From the human T2T-CHM13v2.0 reference genome, Homo sapiens, in assembly GCF_009914755.1 (NCBI RefSeq), contig NC_060934.1: a stretch of 64,000 bases of DNA; one strand, 5' to 3'. The position numbers were made by a program, and so were the translations under genes. The notes below the pieces were generated by a model. It was given only the letters and a program-made list of their open reading frames with translations. It was not told the DNA's origin and did not search any database. Positions 29,181-43,799 of the stretch are shown here, piece after piece (positions within the stretch are counted from its first letter, which is position 1; every line of letters starts with the position of its first letter).

Positions 29181-29719
29181 TGCTGGTAATATAGATGAAC
29201 TGCATGGTCAATATGGATGAGGCTGATTTCATCCTCTGAGAAGTGGGAGGAGACATGTGTCTGGTGACTGCAGCAAGGTCTGCAGAACCCCCTTAGCTCT
29301 GTTGCAGGCTGAGCAGAGAATGAAGAAGGGATGGGTGGAGTGGGGCCCTTTCTGGCTCCTTCAGCTCCTTATCTCCCTGGGCAGGGGTGTTTCTATCTGG
29401 GAAGCTGAACTCTAGCATTGAACGAAACATGCCTATTGGCAGCAAGGCCAGCATCCTGCTGTCCCAGGCTGTCACTAGACTCTCCCTTTCCCTCACAGTC
29501 TTTTTCTTCTCCTCCTGACAACTCCCCTCCCCTCTCCCAGGACCAGCACCTATCCAGGTCACATTCCTGGCACGCTTTCACTCTCAGCTGGTTGTCAACT
29601 AAGGTGTTGGCTGATAACAAAGCTATGAACTGATAAGGCTTAATACCTTGGAGTGGTATTTTAAAAGGCCAGGAAGCCTTCAAGAGCTAAAGAAATAGTG
29701 GAGTAATAACAGGCATTAA

Positions 29720-29749
29720 GTGTGCGTGTGTGCGTGTGTGTGTGTGTGT
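29720..29749. repeat. (TG)n microsatellite
   Basis: gtgtgcgtgtgtgcgtgtgtgtgtgtgtgt. Confidence 0.9.
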
Positions 29750-30529
29750 TGGGGAGATATTGCTAATTTGGGGCCAGGAGCCTGGACAATCATTAGAATA
29801 AGCCCTCCAGAGACTATCTGTGCCACTAAGGTCACATTAAAATGCTTCTTCCGTCTAAAACTGAAACCGATCCCACTTAGGAGCTAATTGCAGTCATAGT
29901 TTTTCTCTTTGAGATTTAATACATTTTACTCAGCCCAGGAAGCCTCAGGACAAGCATAATGAAAATGCAATTAATTAAAATGTTAAAATATTTGTATGCT
30001 ACATTCTCTGTGATTGAATAAAAGAGTACTCACCATGGTCAGGAATATGAGTCTCAAAGAGTAAAATAAAATAAAAAATAGCTCTTAAGAAAAAAAACTG
30101 CTTGCCAAGTATTTTGAGTTGAAGATGTCCAAGTTAAGAGAATGGTAAATACAGGAAGGCAAAGAGTTCCTGTCACTTCCTTCACTGGAATTCCATCTCT
30201 TTCTCACCACGCATAGGACAAATTGCACCAAAATGGAAAGCCGCTGGCTGCCACAAGCTAAACCATGCTCAGAAGATTTGAAATTCAATAGTGTTCTACT
30301 GCAAGTTGGGGGAAAAGAAGACTGCAGGGAACTCTCTTGTAAAGGATTTGCAAATATTCAACTCATTTTGAAACAGAACAATTGTTATTGAGTGTTGGGC
30401 AAGGATTTGTTGATTACAGCGCAGTCACAGGTAACTGTGGATACAGCCTCGTGTGTGTACTCTATTGCCTTTTCAATATCCTTATCATGCTTTTGAGGTT
30501 GCAACTAATAGTATTTTTTGAGACTTCAT

Positions 30530-31715
<1,186 letters not shown>

Positions 31716-31914
31716 AATGAATAATATTTTGAGTTATATTTTGAATGATGAAAGAAAGGTGATCCCTGAGTCCTCTACTACAATAAAAGGACATTTTCCG
31801 TATCTGCAAAGACTTCCTGAAGGTTTTCCCAAGCCTGTGGGGAGCAGCAGAAGTGAGTTAAGAGAAGCTGTGTGAAGACGACTCCGCCAGCCACTTCCAA
31901 ACACAGAGCAAAGT

Positions 31915-32330
31915 TCACTCGTTCGTTTAGCAAATATTTATCGAGCCCCTAATGTGTGTGGCACTAGACCAGGCTTTATGGGCACAGGGTGAGCAAAAAG
32001 GGCCACATAGTCCCCACTCTACAGGCAGAAGCTGAGTGGGAGGAGTCCCTGGAGCCATGCCTATGGGAAAACCACCTGATCAGGGAGGTCCTGCAAGGCT
32101 TCCAGGGGGAGATAATAGTTGGGTTGAGATTTGAAGGGAATTCTGGGAGAAATGGGGAGCAAAGAGTGCTCCGTGCACAAGAGGAAGTATGGTGAGCATG
32201 AGGAACTGAAAGGAGGCCTGCATGGCTGGAACACGGAGAAGGAGGGGGGCTGCCCTATGCGGGGGAAAGAGAGGCTGGAGAGACCACTCAGAGCCTTGGA
32301 GAAAAACCAATGATTGCCAGACGTGTGGGA
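31915..32330 (-). mobile_element. L2 fragment
   Basis: ttcactcgttcgtttagcaaatatttatcgagc matches the reverse L2 3' end. Confidence 0.6.
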
Positions 32331-32454
32331 AACTGCAGCAGCACCTTTTCAAGGCAACAGGAAAAGGGAGGTTAAAGAGCTGCCTTTAGAAGGGAAAACT
32401 GTGAATCAGGACCACTGCAATTATCACTACACAGCAAGAAGCAACCCAGAGGAA

Positions 32455-32680
32455 TGATTAGGAGCATGGACTGAAGCGCGATTGTCTGGAACGGAGTCCT
32501 GGCTCAACTGTTTACTTGCTGTATGACCTTGGATAGGTTACTTAACCTCCCTGGGTCTTGATTTCATTACCTGTAGAACTCTTTGTAGGTCCGTGTGCAG
32601 ATTAAGTGAATCAATATTGAGAGTTTAGAACAGTGCCTGACATGTTTTAAATGCCACATAAGTATTTACTATCATCATCA
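32455..32680 (+). mobile_element. MIR
   Basis: tgaccttggataggttacttaacctc core and ttagaacagtgcctgaca. Confidence 0.75.
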
Positions 32681-32696
32681 TCATCAACTCATTCTA

Positions 32697-33210
<514 letters not shown>

Positions 33211-33445
33211 CTGTCAGCCAAGATCTGCTTGAAGACAAACCATTGACTATTATGAGCTTTATATGGAACCAGCTGACAATTAAGGGGTTCTGGTCATGGG
33301 CTTGTTGTAGGAAGCATTTGGCTCTCCCAGATCTCTGCTGGTTTTAGAGAATGATGGGAGCAGAGAGAATAATGTTATATGCATTTTTAACTTTAATTAC
33401 AGATGCATTTTTTTTCCCTTTGAAGAGAATAACTATTCCCAAATA

Positions 33446-35785
33446 CAGGCATACCTCAGAGATATTGTAGGTTTAGTTCCAGACCACTGCAATAAAACAA
33501 ATATTGCAGCAAAGACAGTTACACAGATTTCTCAGTGCACATCAAAGTTATATTTTTACTACACTGGACTCTACAGCTGCAGTAGCATCATATGTAAAAA
33601 CATGGACATAACTTAATTGAAAATACTTTATTGCTAAAAAAATGCCGCTAATCATCTGAGCCTTCAGCAAGTTGTAATCTTTTTGCTGGTAGAGCGTGTC
33701 ACCTCACTGATGGCTACTGATTGATCAAGGTGGTGGTTGCTGAAGGTTGGGGTGGCTGTGAAAATTTCTTAGGGTAAAACAACAACGAAGTTTGCTGCAT
33801 TGATGAACTCTTTCAGGAAAGATTCATCTGTAGCATGCAATGCTGTTGGATAGCATTTTCCCCACAGTAGAACTTTCAAAATTGGAGTTAAGCCTCTCAA
33901 ATCCTGCTGTTGTTTTATTGACCAAGTTTATGGAATATTCTCAATAATTTGTTGTCATTTCCACTGTGTTCACAGCATCTCCACCAGGAATAAGTTCCAT
34001 CTCAAGAAGCTACTTTCTTTGCTCAATTCAATTAGATTTTATCATGAAATTGAAGCAATTCAGTCACATCTTCAGGCTCCACTTCTCATTCTAGTTCTCT
34101 TACTATTTCCACCACATCTGCAGTGACTTCCTCCACTGAAGTCTTGAATCCCTCAGTCATCCATGAAGGTTGGAATCAACTTCTTCCAAATTCCTGTTAA
34201 TGTTGATATTTTGACCTCCTCTCATGAGTTGTGAATGTTTTTAATGGCATTTAGAATGGTGAATCCTTCTCAGAAAGTTTTCAATTTACTTTGCCCAGAT
34301 CCTCCAGAGGAATCACTGTCTATGGCAGTTATAGCCTTATGAAATGTGTTTCTTAAATAATAAGACTTGAGGGTTGAAATGACTCCTTGATCCATGGGCT
34401 GCAGCATGGATGCTGTGTTAGCAGGCACGAAAACAACATTCATCTCCTTGTACATCTCTTGAACTCTTGGGTGACCAGGTGCATTGTCAACATGCAGTAA
34501 TATTTTGAACAGAATATATGTTTTTCTGAGCAAGTTTCAACAGTAGGCTTAAAATATTCAGTAAACCATACTGTAAACAGATGTGCTGTCATCTGGGCTT
34601 TGTTGTTCCATTTCTAGAGCACAGGCAGAGTAGATTTAGAATCATTCTTAAGGGCCCTAGGATTTCTGGAATGGTAAATGAGTATTGGCTTTAACTTAAT
34701 GTCACCAGCTGCATTAACCCTTCACTTAACTTTGAGTCAGCCTGTCCTTTGAAGCTATGAAGTCTGTCATTGACTTCTCCCTTCTAGCTAAGAAAGATCT
34801 AGATGGTATGTTCTTGCAATAGAAAGCTGTTTTGTTTACACTGAAAATCTGTTGTTTAGTGTAGCCACCTACTTCAATGATCTTAGCTGGATCTTCTGGA
34901 TAATTTGCTGCAGCTTCTCCATCAGCACTTGGTGCTTCGGAACCTTGCACTTTTATGCTGTGGAGACAACTTCTTTCTCTCAATCTTATGAGCAAATTTG
35001 GCTCCACATTTTTCTTCTGTGACTTTCTCACCTCTCTCAGCCTTCATAGAATTGATGAGAGTTAGGGTCTTGCTCTGGATTAGGCTTTGGCTTAAGGGAA
35101 TGTCATGGCTGGTTTGATCTATCCAGACCACTCACACTTTCTCCCTATCAGCAGCAAGCCTGTTTCACTTTCTTATCATTCCTGTGTGCACTGGAGAAGC
35201 ACTTTTAATTTCCTTCAAGAACTTTTCCTTTACATTCACAGCTTGGCTGGTGCAAGAGGCCTAGCTTTCAGCCTGTCTCAGCTTTCAACATGCCTTCCTC
35301 ACTAAGCTTAATCATTTCTAGCTTTTGATTTCAAGTGAGAGATGTGTGACTCTTCCTTTCACTTGAACACTCAGAGGCCGTCGTAGAGTTATTAATTGGC
35401 CTAATTTCAATATTCTTGCATCTCACATAACAGGGAGGCCTGAGGAGAGGGAGAAATGGGGGAATGGCTGGTCGGTAAAACCAAAGACACGCATACAACC
35501 TTTACACATTAAGTTTGTTGCTTTACATAGGCAAAACAATTACAATAGTAATGCGCAATATCACTAACCATAGGTCACCATAATAGATATTATAATAATG
35601 AAAAAGTCTGAAATATTGTGAGAATTATCAAAATGTGACCCGCAGGCACTAAGTGAGCCACATGCTGTTGGAAAAATGGTGTCAAGATGCTTGCTTGATG
35701 CAGGGTTGCCCAAACCTTCAATTTGTAAAGAGTGCACCATCTGCAAAGAGCAATAAGCAAGGCACAATATAACGAGGCATGCCTG
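33446..35785 (-). mobile_element. Tigger1 DNA transposon, near full length (2340 bp), decayed pogo-type transposase
   Basis: TIRs caggcatacctc / gaggcatgcctg, TA on both sides; ORF pieces with [11 protein letters not shown] and [11 protein letters not shown] (DDE_1 motifs) broken by stops and frameshifts. Confidence 0.95.
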
Positions 35786-35836
35786 TAGCTGAGCAAACAA
35801 TTGTTTTCTTGGAAGTGTATCTACTTCTAAAAGCTA

Positions 35837-36217
<381 letters not shown>

Positions 36218-37536
36218 TTAGCTGACTTGGGAACTCTATGCAGCTCCGAAAGTGAAGTATAGTGTGCATGTAGTGCCACCCATTGTGATTTATGTTGGAA
36301 ATAGAGGAGTAGGGAAATGCATTTGCTATGCCTCCCTAGAGGCTTCAGAGTCATTCTGTGGGTGGAGGAGCAGCTTCTGGAGATAATAGAATTGTCCTCC
36401 AGCTGCTCACACTTCACACAGTCTGTGGCCAGATGTAAAAGCCTGGAGAACTTGTTTCCAGGATCAGAGACAAGGAGATGCAAGAGGCCCCTGTAAGCAG
36501 AGCAATGAACAATGGTATAACCCAGTTTGTGAAGGAAGATGCCTCTGAAGAAAGAGTGGAGGTCAACTTAAAAATCAGCAGAATGCAACGTACTCTCATT
36601 CCCCCACTGGTTACCTTCACTGTGGCCAGTGTATAAGCTGGGCTGTTTGTTCCTGGTAAATGTCCCTGATTCCGTCCTGAAGCTTTGGCCCAATCAGGAG
36701 CCCGAGCTGTGCGCTTCTTATCTCCTGAGGCTGCAGCAAGATCAGGGAAGCAAACCTTTGCAAATGAGACATGTACCGTGTAAAATGGAAATGCTTTCCT
36801 TGGCAGTGAGTTAAGCATTTTCACGATAACAATTTGGAATCCTAGAAAAATAACTGGACTTTGAAATGGAAAATGAGCTCTGCACTTTGCTACTTTTGGG
36901 ACCCCACATCCTCATCTCCAAATGCGGATGTTACAGTAAGTTGCCGGAGTTCGCAGCTGCCTGGCCAGGGCTGTCTTCCTGTCTGTGGTTGCCACAGTGC
37001 ACTGAACATTGGCCTCTCGTTTTAAAACAGTTCTTTCTGTCCTAAGGCCAATTATAGTACTATGTTTAACCTAAACATTAGGATTTATATCATAGTATGA
37101 CAGCTGTGGTCAACATTCTTTATTTCAACAACTTCTCGATTTCATTAACTTTATTTCTTTCAACAACTTTCCATTTAGCTATGTTGTTGGAAAAATGTAT
37201 GGAATACCTATGGAAGTTATAGGACAAGAAATGTGTACTTGGAAAGATAATTTTTGTCTCCTAAGAGACTCCCCCCAGTGTGGAGGGTTGTGTGGTATAC
37301 CTTATTTAGCTGTGTGAGGTTGGTGTTTTTGAAGGGCTCTCAATAAATGTCATTCTCAACTTTGCTGGGGATATAAAGAATTTGAAAATTTAAACTAAGA
37401 GAGACAGATAGGGTTAAAATATCAAGTTAAAAAGAGCAAAGTTGGAGAATGTGGCTTTAGGGCTGACAGCCAAGTGTGCTTGTGAATACCGAGCCTAGAG
37501 GCAGGTCCCCCTCCACTCCCAGGCAGCGCAGCACTG

Positions 37537-37685
37537 GCCTTCCCCACCAAGCTTAATCATTTCTAGCTTTTGATTTAAAGTGAGACAAGTGCAACTCTTC
37601 CTTTTACTTGAACACTTAGAGGCCAATATAAGGTTCTTCATTGGCCCAATTTCAATATTGTTTTGTCTCAGGGATCAGGGAGGCC
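37537..37685 (-). mobile_element. Isolated internal Tigger1 fragment
   Basis: Ungapped match of about 83% to 35292-35440; no TIRs. Confidence 0.85.
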
Positions 37686-37981
37686 ATGCGGGAGGGTGGG
37701 TGTGCTGGTTTGCTACAGGTCCATAATCAAGTACCACAAATTAGATGGCTTGAAGCAATAGGAATTTGTTATCTCATAGTTCTGGAGGCTAGAAGTATAA
37801 GATCAAGGTGTTGGTAGGGTCTTCCTCCCTCCAAAACCCATAAGAGGGAGTCCTTCCTTCCTTATCTCTTCCTAGGTTTTGGTGGAGCTGTCAATCCTTG
37901 GCTTGTGGCTGCATCACTTAGATCTCCACTTCAGCTCTTTCATGGCCTTCTCTCTGTTTATCTTGGTCTGTGTCCAATTTC

Positions 37982-38297
37982 TTTTTTCTTCTTCTCCTTC
38001 TCCTTCTTCTTTTTTGAGATGGAGTCTTGCTCTGTTGCCCAGGCTGGAGTGTAGTGGTATGATCTCGGCTCACTGCAACTTCTACCTCCTAGGTTCAAGT
38101 GATTCTCCTGCCTCAGCCTCCTGAGTAGCTGGGATTACAGGCATGCATCACCATGCCTGGTTAATTTTTCTATTTTTAGTAGCGATGGGGTTTCACCACG
38201 TTGGCCATGCTGGTCTCGAACTCCTGACCTCCAGTGATCCGTCCACCTCAGCATCTCAAAGTGCTGGGATTACAGGTGTGAGCCACCATGGCTGGCC
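37982..38297 (-). mobile_element. AluS
   Basis: Reverse Alu dimer with a CT-rich tail. Confidence 0.93.
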
Positions 38298-38419
38298 AAA
38301 TTTTCTTCTTATAGCAACACCATTCATGTTGGATTTAGAGCCCGCACTTATGACTTCATCTTAACAATTTCATCTACAAAGACTCCATTTACAAATAAGG
38401 TCACATTTTGAGGTCCTGG

Positions 38420-38907
38420 TGTGTCCGGAGTTTGTTCCTTCTGGTGGGTTCGTGGTCTCACTTCAGGAATGAAGCCACGGACCTTCGCAGTGAGTGTTAC
38501 AGCTCTTAAAGGTGATGTGGACCCAAAGAGTGAGCAACAAAGAGATTTATTGTGGAGAGCAAAAGAACAAAGATTCCACAGCATGGAAGGGGACCCAAGC
38601 TGGTTACCACTGCTGGCTGGGGTGACAAGCTTTTATTCCCTTATTTGTCCCCATGCACGTCCTGCTGATTGGTCCATTTTACACAGTGCTGCTGATCGGT
38701 CCATTTTACAGAGCACTGATTGGTCCATTTTACACAGTGCTGCTGATTGGTCCATTTTACAAACGTCTAGCTAGCCACAGAATGCTGATTGGTGCATTTT
38801 ACAATCCTAACTACAGAGTACTGATGCATTTTACAATCCTCTTGTAAGACAGAAAAGTTCTCCAAGTCCCCACTTGACCCAGGAAGTCCAGCTGGCTTCA
38901 CTTCTCA
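38420..38907 (-). mobile_element. LTR12-family (LTR12F-like) ERV9 solo LTR
   Basis: TG...CA termini, 4-bp TSD ctgg, tandem gctgattggtccattttaca repeats. Confidence 0.9.
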
Positions 38908-39092
38908 CTGGGGTTTGGACTTCAATATGTCTTTTAGGTGGAGGGCTGGGACACAATTCATCCCACAACCGTGAGACTTAGTGCAACTCACAGCACTGGT
39001 CACAGAGAACACTGGCTCTCTGAGCACAGGTTTTTCCCTAAGACAAAGAGCCATGCATATGGAGTCATTTACTTCAAAGATCGGAGGAGAAC

Positions 39093-39516
39093 TCAATGAA
39101 ATTGAGAAAAAAGAACAATACAAGTGAGGAACAAAATGAAACAGATGAAGAAAATTGATGGATTCCTAGCTTGACTATGAAAAGAAAAGGTCCAAATAAA
39201 CATAATCAGAAATTCAAAAGGAGACATTACAAATGATACCACAGAAATACAACAGATCATCAGAGACTACTAGAAACAACAATATGCCCACAAACTAGAA
39301 AACATAGAGGAAATGGATAAATTCCTGGAAACATACAACTTCCCAACATTAAACCAGGAAGAAATAGAAATCCTGAAGAGACCAGTAACAAATAGTGAGC
39401 TTGAATCAATAAAAAGTCTCCCAGCAACAACAAAAAGCCCAAGAGCAGATGAGTTTACAGCCAAATTCTACCAAACATACAAAGAAGAGCTGGTACCAAT
39501 CCTCCTGAAACTCTAC
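39093..39516 (+). mobile_element. L1 ORF2 internal fragment
   Basis: [19 protein letters not shown]...[20 protein letters not shown] matches L1 ORF2p. Confidence 0.92.
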
Positions 39517-39656
39517 CTCAGATTTAACCATCAGTTAAGTGTATCACCTTTCCTAGGAACAAAGTGATCAAAGACTTACAGAGAAATGAGGAATGTCAGC
39601 CAGTAGAGGTCCACCTTCTGCAGTGAAAATCAGGAAGAAAGAGGAATCGTGCTCCC

Positions 39657-40014
39657 TGCTATGAGCTGAAAGTTTATGTCCTCCCAAAATTAATACATTG
39701 AAACCTAGTCTCCCATGCAATGGTATTTAAGAGGTGCAGCCTTTGGGAGGGGATTAGGTCACAAGGGTTCCACTCTCCTGAATGGGATCAATGCCTTTAT
39801 AAGAGAAGCTTTAGGAAACCTGTTTGCCCCTTCTGTCATGTGAGCACATAGCAAGTAGGTGCCATCTATGAAGCAGAGAACCCTCATCAAACACGGAATC
39901 TGCTGGTGCCTTGATCTTGGACTTCCCAACCTCCAGAACTGTGAACAATACATTTCTGTTATGTATTATCCAGTCTAAGGTATTTAGTTATAGCAGCTGG
40001 AATGGACTAAGACA
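39657..40014 (+). mobile_element. MLT1A-type LTR
   Basis: tgctatg...ggactaagaca termini; cttgatcttggacttcccaacctccagaactgtga. Confidence 0.85.
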
Positions 40015-40259
40015 CCTCCCATTATTCCATTTTAGTATCCATTGAATATTCAGTTTAACACATTAATGGTAGCTTGTTTTCAGGGCATTGCCTTTGTCAT
40101 AAACTTTAGAAGTATAGTTTCTTTTTTGTGGGGATGCTTTGCATTTTGCTTGCAACTCACATTCCTAGAGAAAAGAGAACAGTATTTCCCCAGCTATCCC
40201 GGCACATGTTTTGGACAAACTTCTCAACCTCCTGTTTCTAGTATTGGAAGTCCTCCAGG

Positions 40260-40278
40260 GAACGCCCTCTGGTGGGCG
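40260..40278 (-). promoter_or_regulatory. Candidate CTCF binding site
   Basis: Minus strand reads CCACCAGAGGGCG, matching the core CCASYAGRKGGCR. Confidence 0.55.
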
Positions 40279-41078
40279 TCTCATTCTGACTTCGACCTGG
40301 GCTCCATCTTACAACATCTTAATTCTATGCAGAACCACCTTGATCAGATTCCTCTATAACACTACTTAATAGTTTTCCATTCGAGTTCTCCTCATAAGCA
40401 TTAAAAAACCAATCTCTCTGGAATTGTTCTGAACTTCTAATCCTCTAAGCCTCCTTTCTATGGTTAGAGAATATGAGAATCTGTTTTGGGGAGGCTTGGG
40501 GTGGCTGCTTCCTACAAAATTAACAAGTCTGATGAAGATGGTGGTGAGAATCATTATTCTATTATAGTTCAGTTGGCATCAGTGAAGGCAGGGGCCATGA
40601 ATCCACTGCAAGGGGCTCATGAAATATGCTTGGCTGCTTCAGATTTTTCTTTGGAGCTCACAACTTGTAAGTGTCCTCCTGGGTTAATGATAGGAGATTC
40701 TTCATCTGTCCTGGGAGAAGAAAGATTGAGTTGGGGACAGTGATTTGGATTTTTAATTCTTTGGCTTGAAGTCAAATTTTGGTGCAAATACATTACATGA
40801 AAGAGGTAATGCTATGAAAAATTATCTATTATTAGCTAGACGTGAATTTGTTTCTAAAATGAGACCCATGGACTCTGGAGCTGGGAGAAAGAACCAGACA
40901 ACTGGTAAGCATGGGTCCTGCCAGGTGGGGCAGACTTGTGGAAGTCCCTGTTCATTGGGAGGAAGCATTAGGAGAGCTCTGAGAGATGAAGAGGGAGTGA
41001 CAAAAGGAAGGAGAGCAAAAAAAGAGAGGCAGAAGAAACACCAAAACCAAATGTTTCCTCTTTAAAAATGTTTGCTTC

Positions 41079-41705
<627 letters not shown>

Positions 41706-43100
41706 GCATGCTTGAACAAACCCTGTGAGAAAAGATTACACTCTCTTAACTGGGTCAGTATTTGTATGAATGAAGAATTCTTCTGTGTTTGCAGAAAGGG
41801 GAGACAAAGAAAGTCAGCCTTTGTTTTAACTTACTGTGATGCCAATCAGGTGAGGTGGAACTCAGGCTGTCAAGGCAGACTGATTTTTATTTGCAGGGGT
41901 GTTTCATTTTGCACAATATGATAGTGCAAATACTCATTGCACAATAGTTCGCATAATGTTCTCAATAAAAATAATTTTTAATTGCTTTAGGAGACATTCA
42001 AATAAATGTTACGGTGAGTGGAGTTTTGATGAATCACACACTCTTTTGTCATTGCATTGCAGTTAAGTGAATAATCACTTTCCTGCTTCTGCTCCACAAA
42101 TCTTGATGGCCTGAGGTCTGGTGTGCTGAGTGAGTCCCACCTGCATGGACCCCTATTGTGCATGGTAAACGTGCTGTGCACAGTCAGCCGAAGTTCTAGT
42201 TCGGCAGGTCAGAGTCATGTGAAACAACTCTCGAGTTTCTCATACAATCAGAGCTAACTGCTGCCTGATGAAACAGGCAAATGCAGTGGGAGGAATACAT
42301 CATAATTCCCCTTCCAAATCTGTCTGAATAAACATTTGCACAACGGCTGATCAAGGCTCTGTGTGTTAACTATCACGTCCAGTGCTGACAATTTATACAA
42401 CTTCTTCGTGAAGATTCTCCTGGTGAACCTTTCATTTTTGCAGTTCATGCTATGACATTACTAGGAAGTACTGTTTGTGTTTGCAAAATACAGCTACATG
42501 CTTGCATCCATTCATGTTTATTTATATAGATGCTCTTAGCACCAGGCTAACAGCAGGTTTGACAGAAGGATAGGAACTTTTCTGCTGAAGACATACCACA
42601 GATGCCATGACTTGAAAGAACCCCATTGTTTCTTTCTTTGCCTGAACATAGCCAAGCAAGAAGGTTTTTTGGGAAAACAGTAACATGAAGAACATGGATA
42701 AAGTTAATCTACAACCTGAGACCATTACAGCCAGGAAATGGAGGTGAATTTTAAATCTTGTTGGCAGTTATTCTGTCTTTATACCTGTAATTACTTCCCT
42801 TCCTTCCCATCCTTTCTTCCCCGACCGCCCCCCCGCCCACAAAGATGGTGCCAGTGGGAGTAGAGTTGGGAACAAGGTTTAATATTGTGATTTTAAATTA
42901 TTATCCTTAAAGTCACTTTGCTACCAGGTTTCCTTGGGTGTTGAATTCACATCACTTTTGTTTAAAAACGTTGGTTTTCTTTTTGTTATTTTTTCCGTCT
43001 ATTGCTCCTTTGTTCTTCTGGGTGTATTTAAATCTGGAAATCTTCCTCTCAAAGGGGCTAACATTATGAAGAGTGGGAAGACTTCCACAATGAGCAAACC

Positions 43101-43160
43101 CTGAACTCTACCAAATCACAAATCTCATTCCCAGGTGATTAGTGATTTGGTGGAGCTCAG
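43101..43160. repeat. Inverted repeat (26-bp arms, 8-nt loop)
   Basis: ctgaactctaccaaatcacaaatctc / gtgattagtgatttggtggagctcag; 22 of 26 Watson-Crick pairs. Confidence 0.85.
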
Positions 43161-43627
43161 TGTTCATTATAAAGTTATTCATAAGCAATCATGATCATTT
43201 CCAGAGAAAAAGACAATGATTAATTTCATGGCCCCATATGTAATCGTGACTACTTTCAGGCATTTAACAATGATCAATTACCCATTCTCTGTTAATTAAG
43301 AGCTTAATCTTCCCACTCATGTAATGTGAACAATGGTGCACTGTTCCAAGCTGCCTATTATATTTCCTCAGGACAAAGACCAAAGTGATTGGTCATGGAA
43401 CGCTCAGGGCTGTCACACTGGATTTCCTGCCTCTCCAGCCGAACACAGTAGGCACAGTTCAGTATTAACAGACTCATGTTTTCTATGAGCTAGGATGATG
43501 TCCTTGCCCCGTAAAGCCAACGTTGAACACATTTTATCTTTTAGCCTCAACATCATCACTCTTTTTTATATTTTTACAAATATGCATAGTGAATAAGAGA
43601 AGAATAAGGGAGGGAAGAGAAGAAGAA

Positions 43628-43772
43628 TAATGTTCCCAACACAAAGAACAGATAAATGTTTGAGGTGATGGAAATCCCAGTTACTCTGATTTAATCATCA
43701 CACATTATATACAGGTATCAAAATAGCACGTGTACTCCTAATATGCACACAACTATTAGGTATCAATTAAAA
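43628..43772 (+). mobile_element. L1MA 3' terminus
   Basis: aatgttcccaacacaaaga...aaatgtttgaggtgatgga...tcaattaaaa. Confidence 0.8.
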
Positions 43773-43799
43773 AGAGAAGAAATGTCTCAAATACCAAGT

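Larger units (their letters stand above)
37701..38968 (-). mobile_element. MLT1B/C LTR, interrupted by an Alu and LTR12
   Basis: tctcatagttctggaggctagaag...caaataaggtcacatt...ggacttcaa...ggacacaattca. Confidence 0.8.

Noticed and set aside
34270-35131. Transposase-like ORFs as a domesticated TIGD gene
   Set aside because: They are fragmented by stops and frameshifts inside a TIR-bounded Tigger1
36440-36640. Purine-rich, exon-like stretch (EMQEAPVSRAMNNGITQFVKEDASEERVEV)
   Set aside because: No recognisable homology and no convincing splice-site pair
38660-38835. Regularly spaced short direct repeats resembling a CRISPR array
   Set aside because: These are LTR12 U3 CCAAT tandem repeats with no unique spacers or cas genes, in a eukaryotic context
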